NCBI GenBank assembly: GCA_951406725.2
Contig: OX597831.1
Span: forward strand, 2,170,001-2,234,000
Reading direction: 5' to 3'
Source: Octopus vulgaris
Lineage: Eukaryota
Length of the DNA stretch: 64,000 bases
Shown: positions 51,330 to 64,000 of the stretch, in pieces
Numbering within the stretch: the first letter of the stretch is position 1
Layout: each line of letters opens with the position of its first letter
Made by a program: the position numbers and the translations under genes
The notes under the pieces: generated by a model
Seen by the model: only the letters and a program-made list of their open reading frames with translations
Told to the model about the DNA's origin: nothing
Database searches by the model: none

Positions 51330-51590
51330 CATCATCATCATCATCATTGTTCGACCGTGGTCGAGACAATGGAATTTACCATGCTACGCCAGACTTCACG
51401 GTCCATCATGGCATTACGGAGATCCTGTATCCCTGGAGATTACATCAGGGTAGGAGAGTGTGCCCCCTCTGGCATTGCGAGTAGATGGCTTCCAGAGGAG
51501 GAGAGTAGAAATTACCTCTTTTTTTCATCTCTACAACAATGTCCAGCAAACTGCACAGCAGTATGGGTAGCAGTTGTAAAATGCTGATCA
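51330..51590 (-). mobile_element. 3' end of another RTE-like LINE
   Basis: Translates to VQFAGHCCR...LLLWKPS...SYPDVISRDTG followed by a (GAT)n tail. Confidence 0.65.
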
Positions 51591-52691
51591 TCATTTAGTT
51601 CTAATTAGATATTTAATGATCACTACATTAAATATGCTAATTGTAACCTATTGTTCTTTTTTTTGTTTTTTTTTTTCAACTGATTTGTTTTGTCTAACCT
51701 ACGCTGATAGTCGTCCATTTTGCTATTTTACTTGGTTGCTATGTAGGCCCAAACTAAATATAAACTAGTATTTTATAAGTGGTTGTTTGCTACACATCTG
51801 TGACCATGAAAAAAAATAGATTGACATAAAGTTTACTCAGCTTTATTTCTGTCATATATTAGATAAAATGTCATTGTCTTAATCAACACTTTACTGCTTA
51901 TTGTTCTAACATTGTTTCATCTTTGCTTAATTCTCTCTCTCTTTTTCCTCAACTCTCTCTCTCTCTCTATCTCAATCTATCTTTACTTTTCACAACTTTC
52001 CATTATATCCTAGTTTCTGTATTGAGTTGCTTGTTTAGTGGACTGTAACATATTTCATTTCTATACGTTTAACCCTTTAGCATTTAAACCTGGCCATATC
52101 GGTCCAAATAGTCTATCTTTTTTTATGTATCACTTCATTGAAATCTGAAAGATTTGTGATTAATTCAAAACAATGTGAAAAAAAAAGCATTCCTGTTGAC
52201 AGAGTAATCTGAATGCTAAAAGGTTAATACTACATTTCATTCAGTCTAATAAACAAATTGTCTTCAGGTACCCCTACTCTTACACATTTCTATAAACTGT
52301 GTTTGAGTTTTGAACCTGGGACTGAACACATGAAAGTCAGTTTGTTTTTTTTGTTTTTTCTTTTGTACTATTTAGCATCATCCCTTGAGATGAAACATTT
52401 TAAACTTTACTATATCCACATTATTTTGATTTGTTTGATCTCAGATCATTCCTAGGTAGGGTATCTTTTATCTTTTATTTGTTTCAGTCATTAAATTGTG
52501 ACCATGCTGGGGCACCACCTTGAGGAATTTTAGTTGAACCCTCCCCCCTACTTTTTTATGTGATGTACTTATTCTATCAGTCTCTTTTGCCAAACTGCTA
52601 AGGGACATAAACACATCAACACTTGTTGTCAGGTGGTGGTGGGTGACAAATACAGATTTACACACACACATACACACACACATATACACAA

Positions 52692-53892
52692 TCATCATCA
52701 TCATTTAGCTTTTTGTTTACCATGCTAGCATGGATAAGACAGTTTGACTGGAACTAAGTAAGCCAAGGAGCTGTACCAAGCTTCAGTCTGATTTTGGCTT
52801 GGTTTCTATGGCTGGATGCCCTTCCTAACATTAACCACTCCAAGAGTGTAGTGGGTGCCTTTTACATATCACCAGCACTGTCCATGACTGTGCTTTCACT
52901 TGGCCTGACAAATCTTCACAAGTACAGCAAACTGCCAAAGGTCTCGATCATTTGTCATCACCTCCATGAGACATATCATCTGAAGATCATGCTTCACCAC
53001 CTCATCCCTTGTCTTCCTGGGTCTACCTCTTCCACAGGCTCCATCCACAGTTAATGATCAGCACTTCCTTATGCAGCTGTCCTCGTCTTTACACACCTTA
53101 TGATCATACCAGCACAGTCTTCTCTCTTGCACACCACATCTGATGCCTCTTATGCCCAATTTTTCTCTCAAGTTGCTTACACTCTACCATACATGTACAC
53201 TGACATTGCACATCCACCAAAGCATACTAGCTTCATTTCTTTCAAGCCTTCACTTGTCATCTGCAGTCATAGCTCATGTTTCACTGTTGTATGGCTGTCC
53301 ACATACAGGCATCATACAATCTACCTTTTACTCAGAGGGAGAAACCCTTTGTTATCAACAAAGTTAGCTCTCTGAACTTTGCCCAGTCTATTCTTATTCT
53401 AGCAGCTATGCTCTCAAAGCATCCACCTCCACGACTTGGTCACCCAGATAACAGAAGCTATCAACTAATTCTAAATATTTCACCTGGCATTTGACAGTAT
53501 TTTCTGTACATTTCTTATGTTTATTGTACCTGTACCCATCATACCCTGTTAACCTTCCTATGATATTGCTGCACCTCTTATGTGTCCATAGCTTGCACTG
53601 GGTACACCTTATGGAGTTTCTGTATATGCCTTTTCTACATATATCATATCAAGTAGGGCCATTGCCCTGAAGGGATTTGTGATTTGTCTGCTTTCCTACT
53701 TACTAAGACTTTGGCCTTTGCTAAATTAACTCCAAAGCCCTTCGATTCCAAACCTTGTTTCCACAACTGAAATTTCTTCTCTTGTTCTGGTAGTGATTCA
53801 GCTATAAGAACAAGGTCACCAGCATAAAGAAGCTCCAAAGAGCAGCCCACCTTAAATTCTTCTGTTATTGCCTGGTGGACTATGATGAACAA
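52692..53892 (-). mobile_element. 5'-truncated, decayed RTE-clade LINE (RT fragment through 3'UTR and (GAT)n tail)
   Basis: ELLYAGDLVLIAES...GVNLAKAKVLV (decayed YADD RT motif), contiguous with the family-C 3'UTR ending in gatgatgat. Confidence 0.85.
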
Positions 53893-55380
53893 GCCCTAAT
53901 TAGTTGGGCTATGACCTTCTCTGTAACTTTCATCACCTGATCTAACAGGTAATAATACCTCTAATTATTTCTGTCTAAGGCATCACTTTTACTTTGTAGC
54001 AGTTGACAATGGTGCTACTACACCAGTCATTGAGTTGGACTCCCTTGTGTTATACAACAGGCTTCTTTCAGTTTCTGCCTAAGACTCTAAAAAAGGGGGC
54101 CCAAGGGTCAGATACTGGTGGTGTTATACTGTGTAATAGATTCAGTCAACCACCCAACTACAACCATCTACAACCCTTCACAGATTTCTCTCTGTCTACT
54201 CTATTTTCATTCACATGGCTCTTGTCAAACAGGGGTTCTGGTAGAGGAAAAACATTTGTAAAAAAGTCTGTGTGGATTTAGACCAGGAACCAGGAAGAGA
54301 TCTGTTAACCATTTGCACTCATACCTGTGATCACTGATTTAATGGATTCCTAATATTAGACCTATATCTCTACTGATTAGCAATGAGTTTTATCTATGAC
54401 TGATTTTGTAATTGGTCTGTCATGTTGAAACCAGTCTATATCCTCTTTACAATCTCTAGATATTTAGATTAAGTAATCAGAATTAAGATATGCATCATTG
54501 AAGATAACCCCAGAGGTTTCCTTTCTAACTTTCCCTCACAAATCTTGGAGGTCTTGCAAAATGTTCATGAGTGTGGACCTAAGACTAAAATTAAAAAAAA
54601 ATCTTGTGGGTGTTAAAAGTTTTTTTTCTAGGTTTATTGACCTTATTTTCATTAAATAACTGTGTGTTCAATGACCTTGTGGACAAGAGCATTGCTACTA
54701 CTATTTAATATACTACTATTCTTCAAGGTGGTGCCCCAGCATGGCCACAGTCTAATGACTGAAACCAGTAAAAGGTAAAGGTATATGATATATAATTACA
54801 TTAATTATTTATATGATACATAATTATATTGTTCATTACTATTTTTCTTTGTTTAAGATAGTAGAGTAAGATATAAAGTAGCTAATTGTAGCAGGTTCAG
54901 AGATTGTTTTGAAATGCCCTTGATGGCATGATATGTTATTTGAGGTGCAGACAGTAGAATTGATAAAGTGAGAAACAAAATATCTACTTTGCAGTATTTA
55001 GTTACTTTCTGCGTGTAATTTGAAATCGGATCACTTGGTGGTTTGCTTTATTTTTTTGTCCCTCTGAGGTTGATAAAATAGTAATAAAAGTACACGACCT
55101 AATCAGTTAATCTTGCTTTCAAAATCTCTGATCTTTCTTCCTATGTTAAAAGGCACTGACACTTGACAGAAGGCAGAAATGATAATGTTGGGTAAAATAC
55201 TTTTTCCCCCTTATGTAGTTATGTCAATGTATATTGTTCTGCGATCAAATCCTGTTTGGGTGTTCTGTTCTTTTCATCCCTTTAGGGTTGGATGCAGAGA
55301 GTATCAATGATGTAGTGTTATCATTTAACCCTTTAGCATTCAGATTATTCTGTCAAGTGCAATGTGTATTTTGAATTAAT

Positions 55381-57590
55381 ACTATACTACCAAATCTACC
55401 ATGGAGACATAAAATGAGGCAGGGAAGTCATAACAGCAGTATGTATTGAGAAATGTGTAAATGGATTTGATAGACTACTGGGTGATGTCTAAGAGAAATC
55501 ACATTATTGTTGGTGATATAGCATTCTATTGCAGCTATATGACATGTGTTTGCAACTAAGTGACATGTAATGACGATTCACTCCCGAACTGACATAGGCT
55601 CCCAGTCTCTATATCATGAATGGTTATGTGGATCACTCCTAATGAAAGCCAGAGCTTCCTTCGACCACTACATAAAAAGTATTAAGAAAAACATGTTATT
55701 TAGATATACTTTCATTTTAGTTGTTTACACTTAAAGTTCACAAATTTCCTTATTTAAATTATGAATCATATTCCTTTCAATAATATCAATATGATTACAA
55801 AACTTCTTTGTAGAAGTTTCTTTACAAAACTTCCTTCGACCACTACATAAAAAGTATTAAGAAAAAAATGTTATTTAGATATACTTTCATTTTAGTTGTA
55901 TACACTTAAAGTTCACAAATTTCCTTATTTAAATTATGAATCCTTTTGATAATATGATTACAAAACTTCTTTGTAGACTATTTTCTGTTTGGTCGACACT
56001 AATTTTCAAATTACTGAAGTCCATTGCTCTACTCATGGCAATGTATAACTGACCATGTGTTAACATCGGAGTGGGTAAAAATATACCTGCATGATCTAAA
56101 GTCTGGCCCTGTGCCTTGTTTGCTGTGAATGCATGAGTGGAATCTTTAGGGTTGCAAAAAATCAAACCAAGACTTACCTCTCACTATTCTATGCGAATAA
56201 TGTCTGGATGTTCTGGTACCATGGGTTATTTTGATTGACAAAACTGAGATGTAAACAACAGCTGTTTCGAATCCTGCTTGAGACTGACACACTTCAATAA
56301 CCACTAAATAATCACACACACTTTTTCCATTTTATTTTTGATATTAACTGTTCTTGCAACCCCCTTCGTATCTACAATGGGGCCATGAACTATATAATGA
56401 AAATCCAGAGTTACTTGTGGTTGGTGATTTTTTGATAAAAATGCGAAGGTGGTTTATCAATTCAAAAATCGATATCCACGAAATAATCATACTTTCTGAT
56501 TTTTCTAATGCTAAAAAATGTTCCTGGCAACTGTCTTTGTAATCCCCCAAAATATTGTAACCATAGGTCCAGCCGTCTGGCCATGAAGAGGAGACAGGCA
56601 AAGAGAAGGGCAGATGGACATAGTGCCCATTATAATAAGATAGCAAATCTGCCCATCTACGATGGGAAATAAAAGGATAGTATCGTGAATCTAAACCCTC
56701 TAAATTCACGATACAGGGGGTGGGGAATCCAGAGTTAATCCTTATTGCTGGAATTTTAACAAAAAAAAAATCAAAAATGATTTATTAATACAAAACTTAA
56801 CATCCACTAAATAATGGTACTTTTTCACATTTTTGCGCTAAAAACCTTCCTGATTACGTCCTTCGTAATCCTGATAAACATCATGACCATTGGTCTAGTC
56901 ATTTGACTGTGAAAATGAAACAGACAGACAGATGGACATAACGCCCATCTCCTAATATAATAATGAGTGTAGTGTTTGTATAGTGTAAATGGACTTGATA
57001 GATTACTGGGTGATATATTTGTCCAAAATCACAGAGTAGGAGTAGGAGAAAGAGTTGTATAAGTGAAGGGAGAGGACAGAAAATAGTAATTCAGTGAAGG
57101 AGAAGTAGTGAGAGTAATAGCCCTGACTGTGAGGGAGTGAGAGAAAGTAATAGCAATGGAGAAAGGGAGGGGTGATAGATGAATAAGGAAGGAAGGGGTG
57201 AAAAAAATCACCATTTCAACTTTGTGTGAGTATATGATTGATTGATTGATTCTAGTTTCAGCTTATGAGCTGTGGCCATGCTGGGGCACCGCCATTTAAA
57301 AGAGATATGTATTCATGCCTACTTTCTTTGCAGAGCGTAGTGTATGTATGTATGTAAAAGAGAGGTATGTTAGTGTGTGTGTGTGTAATGAAAATGAGAT
57401 GGTGAACGTTCAATGCTGAAAAGAAAATTCAAACAGCATTTCAACTCTGCTTGAGTATGTGTATATGCGTGCATGTACAAGGGAAGTATGTGAATGTTTG
57501 TATTTGTGATTATTATGTAATTTATTTATATATAAAATACTATAACTAGCCGTCATTTTTGATGGCACAGGGTCAGCCAGTTATAGTAAG
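55381..57590. mobile_element. Composite Helitron remnant including a PIF1-like helicase fragment (minus strand, ~55990-56135), splitting a piggyBac-like MITE
   Basis: AFTANKAQGQTLDHAGIFL...HGQLYIAMSR matches SF1/PIF1 helicase motifs V-VI of Helitron RepHel. Hairpin GCCGTCA-TTTT-TGATGGC near 57550. MITE halves at 55325-55380 and ~57590-57744. Confidence 0.75.
55656..55975 (+). repeat. Tandem duplication, ~175-bp unit x2
   Basis: CTTCCTTCGACCACTACATAAAAAGTATTAAG...ACAAAACTTCTTTGTAGA repeated starting at ~55656 and ~55831. Confidence 0.9.
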
Positions 57591-59431
57591 ATTATCTTAT
57601 GACTTTGAGATTTAAATGATGTAATTGTTTATTTTTAGAATGGCATTGTAGGGGAAGTGTGAGAGGCTACATCTGGCCAGTTAGAACACAAAACAGTTCA
57701 GATGTTTGGGCCAGATATGGCCAATTTAAACACTAAGGGGTTAAATTAACTACTTCACAGTACCACTATAATGTTAGAAATTATTGTATTATTATTATGT
57801 CTTTCATCCTTTTGGGGTTGATGTAATCAACTAGTCCCCTCCCCCAGAATTTTAGGCCTTGTGAAAGGATTATTATTTTTTTAATTATTAGAGCAATCAG
57901 GGGAGTGGAATTGTTTACTTGTTTGTTACCATGTTTCTGACCAAAATACTCTCCTTAAATGTTTCAATTAAATTCATCATCATCATTGTTTAATGTCCGC
58001 TTTCCATACTAGCATGGGTTGGATGATTTGACTGAGGACTGGCGAACCATATGGCTGCACCAGGCTCCAATCTGATCTGGCAGAGTTTCTACAGTTGGAT
58101 GCCCATTCTTAATGCCAACCACTCCGAGAGTGTAGTGAGTGCTTCTACGTGCCACCGGCATGAGGGCCAGTCAGGCGGTACTGGCAACAGCCACACTCAA
58201 ATGGTGTTTTTTATGTGCCACCTACACAGGAACCAGTCCAGTGGAACTGGCAATGATCTCACTCGAATGTTTTTTCACGTGTCTATAAGGCGACACTGGT
58301 AACAATCACGCTCAAATGGTGCTTTTTACGTGCCACCGGCACAGATGCCAGTTTGCTGCTCTGGCAACGATCATGCTCAGATGGTGCTCTTAGTTGTCCA
58401 CTAGCATGGATGGTAGTGAAATCGTTAGCAGAGCACTTCATGAAACACTTTACTGCTTTCTTGATAGCTTCCTTTATCTTTTCCCAGTTCAGATCCTGAC
58501 AGAGTGAATTGTTCATCATCCAACCCACTTCTGGTTGCCAAAAAAATTCTGTAATTTTCTGAGGGTTAATTCACCTAATTGGTGATTGTGTGGTTGAGAA
58601 GTTAGCTTCCCAATCACATGGTTTAGTGTTCAGTCCCATTATGTGGCACCTTGGATAAGTGTCACAGCTCTAGCCTGACAAAGGACTTGTTAGTGGATTT
58701 GGTATACAGAAATTGAAAGAAGACCATCATGTGTGTTCCATTGTCTTGACATCATGTGAAAGTTGTAAATGAGTTTCATGTTTAGTCCTACTGCATAGTC
58801 TCTTGGACAAGCATCACTGCTGTAGCCTGACCAAAGCCTTGTTAGTGGATTTAGTTGATGGAAACTGAAAGGTGTCAAGCTGGCAGAAACGTTAACACGC
58901 GGGGCGAAATGCTTAGCGGTATTTCGTCTGCCGTTACGTTCTGAGTTTAAATTCCGCCGAGATCGACTTTGCTTTTCATCCTTTCGGGGTCAATAAATTA
59001 AGTACCAGTTATGCACTTGGGTCGATGTAATCGACTTAAGCCCTTTTTCTGTCCTTGTTTGTCCCCTCTGTGTTTAGCCCCTTGTGGGCAATAAAGAAAT
59101 AAGGAAACTGAAAGAAGACCATTGTATGTGTGTGTGTGTGTCTCTCTTTGTTTTGACATCATATTAAAGTTGTAAATGAGTGTCACAATCATACAAGCAG
59201 TGTATGACTGATCTTAATTTCCAATATTCTGCATGAACATGTGTGGCCATGGGGAAATATTATCTTCCTTGGAAACAGACGAGGGTTGGTAATGGGAAGG
59301 GTATCTGTCCATAGAAAATGTACCTGAAATAAATTGTGTCCGATCCATACAAACATGGAAAAGTGGATACTAAATGATGATGATGAATGATATAAAAATC
59401 ATAATTAATAATAATCTTTCCCTCTATCTAG

Positions 59432-59474
59432 GACGACAGCCAGAAGTGATTTTATATTCTATGCAGATAGATTG
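59432..59474 (+). CDS. UPRT: UPRT homolog, exon 2 (K-TTARSDFIFYADRL)
   Basis: 43-nt exon with acceptor ccctctatctag and donor GTAAGT. Phase 2 joins exon 1 to give RDKTTARSDFIFYADRL, the conserved UPRTase motif. Confidence 0.93.
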
Positions 59475-61394
59475 GTAAGTTAGCATGTTTTAAACTTACT
59501 TTTGTTTTATTAGAACGAAACAACCATTCATAAGATTTTATACTTTGCTTTGGTGATACCCAGAAATTACACTTCGATTTGGAGAAAAAAAAGTCGTATG
59601 GCATTTTAGATTCATAACATTTTGTTTCTTATGACTACTTCAGCTTATGTGTATATTGTCTAAGGTTAAAGTTCTATAATAAATATATTTTATCTTTTAT
59701 GTCTTACTTGTTTCAATCATTGGACTGCAGCTATGCTAGGGCACAGTCTTAAAGGGTTTTGTCAAATAAATCAACCCCATTATTTATTATGTCTGCTACT
59801 TATTCTGTCAGTTTCCTTTGCCAAACTGCTAGGTTATAGGGGCATAAACAAACCAATACCAGTTGTCGAGTGGTGTTGGGGGACAAACACAAACACACAT
59901 TTATACATATAAACTTACATATACAGCAGGCTTCCACACTGTTTCCATCTTCTGCATTCTCTCACAAGTCATTGGTTAGCCCGGGGCTGTTGTAGAAGAC
60001 ACTTGCCCAAGGTGCTGCACAGTGGGACTGAACCCAAACCCACATGGCTGCAAAGTGAGCTTTGTAACAGCCTATTAACTAAATTCCTAATAGTGGTGCT
60101 GGTGCCATGTAAAAAGCACCCAGTCCACCCTGTAAAGTGGTTGGTTTTAGGAAGGGCATCCAGCCAAAACAAACACTTTAGAATCTGATGTGGCCTCTGG
60201 CCTTGCCAGTTCCTGTCAAACCATCCGACCCATGCCAGCATGGAAAACAGACATTAAATGTTGATGATGATGATAGAATTTGACAATATTCACTGATATT
60301 TCCTCCATCATCTCAATTCTTACAGTTCTTCCATATAACATCTATTAGCATAATTGGTGGTGTGTGTCCCCTTCTGTCTGTATCTTCCCCAAAATGAGAG
60401 TTCTTTGGTTCTATTATCTCTTGGACACTTGATGGTGTTGATGTAATTGACTGACCACTCCCTCAAAATTGCTGGCACTCTGCCTAAAAAAAATCATTAT
60501 TAAGACTGTTATTATCATTATAAGCAGAATGGTTAGTACACCAAGCAAGATGCTTAGTGGTAGTTTGTCTGTCTTCATGTTCCAAGTTCAAATTTGCCTT
60601 TTATCCTTTCAGGGTTGATGAAATAAGTACCAGTTACGCACTGGGGTTGATGTAATTGACTAGCCTCCTTCCCCAAAGTTACGCACTGGGGTTGATGTAA
60701 TTGATTAACCACCTCCCTCAAAGTTTCAGGCCTTGTACCTATAGTAGAAAGGATTATTATTATTGAATTGATAAAATCTTCGAAGTGCTTTGCAGTATTT
60801 ACTTCGGCTCTTTATATTCTAAGTTCAAATTTCCCCACTCCCACCTTTATGGGGTCAATAAAATAAATCTTCAGTCAAGTATTGGAATTGGCTAAATCTC
60901 TTCCCCACCCCATCAAACCTCACCCCACCTCCTAAAAAAAAAAAAATACAAGCTTTGTGTTTATCTTTTATCTTTTACTCATTAGACTGCAGCCTTGAAG
61001 AATTTTTAGTTGAATGCATCAACCCCAGTTCTTATTTTCTTTTTAAGCCTGATACCTATTCTATCAAACTGCCAAGTGATGGAGACGTTAACCAATACCA
61101 GTTGTCAAATGGTAGAAGGGGACAAACATAGGCATAAAGAGAGATAGAGAGATGCACACAAACACACACACATGATGGGCTTTTTCAGTTTCTGTGTACC
61201 AAATCCACTCACAAGGCTTTGTTTGTTACCCGAGGCTATAATGGAAGACACTTGCCCTAGGTGCCATGCAGTAGGACTGAACCCAGAACCATGTGGTTGT
61301 GTAGCAAGCTTATTACCATGCAGCCGCGCCTGCGTCTATACAAAACATTAACCCCAAATCTGCTTAGGTCAGCTTTGCCTTCCATCATTTGAGG

Positions 61395-61595
61395 CAGTGC
61401 TTTTCAAACTTTTTGCTGGAACGGAACCCCAAGGAAACATTCCACTGGCTCGAGGAACCCCTGAGCAATAATTTAATAGTCTTATGCACACATATCTGCA
61501 CAGGAGAATTAAAAATTACTGCCGATTTTAGCAGTTTTGTAACTTCTTGCGGAACCCCTGGACTGTGCTGGCGGAACCCTGGTTGAAAACCACTG
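61395..61595. mobile_element. hAT-superfamily MITE
   Basis: TIRs CAGTGSTTTTCAA / TTGAAAACCACTG. Perfect 8-bp TSD ATTTGAGG at 61387-61394 and 61596-61603. Confidence 0.92.
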
Positions 61596-62294
61596 ATTTG
61601 AGGATTGATGTAATGGTGTATCTGTCAAGTATGGAGTTTGATGCAGCTGACTTCCTTTTCCCCCCGAATTTCTGACCTTGAAACAAATTTACAAACACAA
61701 TTATTATTCATTTGCACCAGAAAAAAAATATTAATGGGTTAAACTTGTCCCCACACCCCCCTTGGAGTTGATAAAATGCAGTATTGGGTCAAGTGATTGA
61801 TGGTGTCTCTTACCTCGCTTTAAGCCTTATACTTCTGTCATAAATCATTGTTATAGAATCAATCATTCATTCATAAGTGACAGGAAAAAATAATAGGAAA
61901 ATCCTGAATTCTGTATTTTGTCTGTCTTGCAATTAGATACCTTCTATATTAAGTAGAGTTTTTTTCCCCAGACATAACAAGTCTGATCTCATATCTGCAT
62001 TGTCAACTAACAATAATGCATTGTTTGTTTTATTTTTTATTTATTATTATTGTTATCTTATTACTGTCTCTGAGACGGAACACATGTTAACTAAACAATA
62101 AGAGAAATGAAAGCTACAGAAGACATTGAAGTATTGTGATAAAATTCCTTTATGGTCACTTGAGTATTGTGTACATGTGTCTATGTGTATGCATACACAC
62201 ATATTATATATATATATATATGCATGTATATATACATGTAAATGTAGGTACGTACATATATGTATGTATGCATATATTTTATTTATTAAATTAT

Positions 62295-62330
<36 letters not shown>

Positions 62331-62942
62331 CATACACATACACACACGTGTAATACTTGTCCTGCAGGAAAGAATGACATGTAAACAATTTTTCATGAAA
62401 TATATTTACTGAATACTCACAGGCATGGCTGTGTAGGAAGAAGCTTGCTTCCCAACCACATGGTTCTGGGTTCAGTCCAACCGTGTGGCACCTTGAGCAA
62501 GTATTTATATATATATATATATCTCCTCCACTGCCACATACTTGCTCAAGTATTGGGCCAACCAAAGTCTTGTGAGTGGGTTTGGCAGGCAGAAACTGAA
62601 AGAAGCCTGTCATACATCTATGTATGTCGGTCGGTTTGTTCAACTGAAACACTTGAAGGCAGTGCTCCAGCATGGCTGCAGTTAAATGACTGAAAAAAGT
62701 AAAAGAATATTTAATTTACATTGTTTTTATACATACATGCTTTCATGTATGTGTATTATTATTATTTAATAACCTGGTAAACTTACTGCATGTCTTTCTA
62801 TTACTTCCTCTCTTGACTTTAGATCCTCTCCTCTCCTATTTTATATTGTTTCTCTCTTCCTCTTCTCCTCATCAATTCTCTTTATCATTCTCCTCAAGTT
62901 TTCCTACTTAAAGTATAGAACCTCAAATATATATATATATAT

Positions 62943-63334
62943 AGGCGCAGGAGTGGCTGTGTGGTAAGTAGCTTTCTAACCAGCCACATGGTTCAGTCCC
63001 ACTGCGTGGCATCTTGGGCAAGTGTCTTCTGCTATAGCCCCGGGCCGACCAATGCCTTGTGAGTGGATTTGGTAGACGGAAACTGAAAGAAGCCTGTCGT
63101 ATATATGTATATATATATATATATATATGTGTGTGTCTGTGTTTGTCCCCCTAGCATTGCTTGACAACCGATGCTGGTGTGTTTACGTCCCCGTCACTTA
63201 GCAGTTCGGCAAAAGAGGGACCGATAGAATAAGTACTGGGCTTACAAAGAATAAGTCCCGGGGTCGATTTGCTCGACTAAAGGCGGTGCTCCAGCATGGC
63301 CGCAGTCAAATGACTGAAACAAGTAAAAGAGAGT
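62943..63334 (+). mobile_element. Family-A tRNA-derived SINE, representative. Other approximate copies: 3661-4048+, 5997-6395+, 11010-11427-, 17276-17673+, 23186-23536+, 25253-25650-, 26241-26658-, 28943-29295+, 30991-31376-, 40588-40943+, 43063-43460+, 49905-50308+, 59695-60070-, 60960-61336-, 62418-62708+, 63559-63980+
   Basis: A-box-like TGGCTGTGTGG, B-box-like GGTTCAGTCCC, CORE-like CTTGGGCAAGTGTCTT, internal (TA)n(TG)n, and a GTAAAAGA-repeat tail. Many near-identical copies. Confidence 0.9.
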
Positions 63335-63716
63335 ATATCTCCTCCACTGCCACATAAATTGATTCATAAAATTTAATATGTGGGTCTAGGGTTACACACA
63401 GAAAAGAAAATGTTTTATTTCAGCTGTTTTAACTTCTACTTACTGATACAACATAGGATGTTTATCTAATACCTTTTTCCGTAACACCTATGGAATATCT
63501 TGTGTGATTCAAAAGGAATTTTATGAGAAAACGCAAGACAGCTAAAGCAAACACTCACCAGGAGTGGCTGTGTGGTAAGTAGCTTGTTTACCAACCACAT
63601 AGTTCTGGGTTCAGTCCCACTGCGTGGCACCTTGGGCAAGTGTCTTCTACTATAGCCTCGGGCCGACCAAAGCCTTGTGAGTGGATTTGGTAGACGGAAA
63701 CTGAAAGAAGCCTGTC

Positions 63717-63772
<56 letters not shown>

Positions 63773-64000
63773 TTGTGTGTCTGTGTTTGTCCCCCTAGCA
63801 TTGCTTGACAACTGATGCTGCTGTGCTTATGTCCCCCTTACTTAGCGGTTCAGCAAAAAAAAAGAGACCGATAGAATAAGTACTGGGCTTACAAAAGAAT
63901 AAGTCCCGGGGTCGAGTTGCTCGATTAAAGGCGGTGCTCCAGCATGGCCGCAGTCAAATGACTGAAACAAGTAAAAGAGTAGGTGTTGAAATGGACTTTT

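Noticed and set aside
58131-58410. Repeat-spacer pattern superficially like a CRISPR array
   Set aside because: Eukaryotic context, no cas genes, the spacers are related to each other, and the units lie inside a LINE 3'UTR.
62053-62673. Longest ORF in the window (206 aa)
   Set aside because: It is composed of a family-A SINE plus (TA)/(CA) low-complexity sequence giving YI/HI repeats; not a gene.

Overview
This is AT-rich, repeat-dense animal genomic DNA; the SINE landscape suggests an octopus or other coleoid cephalopod (inference). Two intron-rich genes lie head-to-head. The first is the 5' half of mitochondrial ABC transporter ABCB7 on the minus strand: nine exons from the ATG at 21569 down to 561, continuing off the window. 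The second is the 5' end of a UPRT (uracil phosphoribosyltransferase) homolog on the plus strand: ATG at 33966, a 25.3-kb first intron, and exon 2 at 59432-59474. The rest is mostly tRNA-derived SINEs, 3' fragments of RTE-type LINEs, Tc1/mariner elements (including a DD37D/maT copy), hAT- and piggyBac-like MITEs, Helitron remnants and microsatellites. The most unusual object is a chimeric U2-snRNA-like unit at 38541-38787 in UPRT intron 1. Its U2 body from stem IIa to stem-loop IV is recognisable, but the 5' end, including the branch-point recognition sequence, is replaced by a 34-position hairpin, and an extra hairpin follows the 3' end. Also notable are the ABCB7-UPRT divergent pairing shared with human Xq13 and a 2x2 head/tail shuffling among SINEs. 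Almost all ORFs in the supplied track are repeat-derived artefacts.
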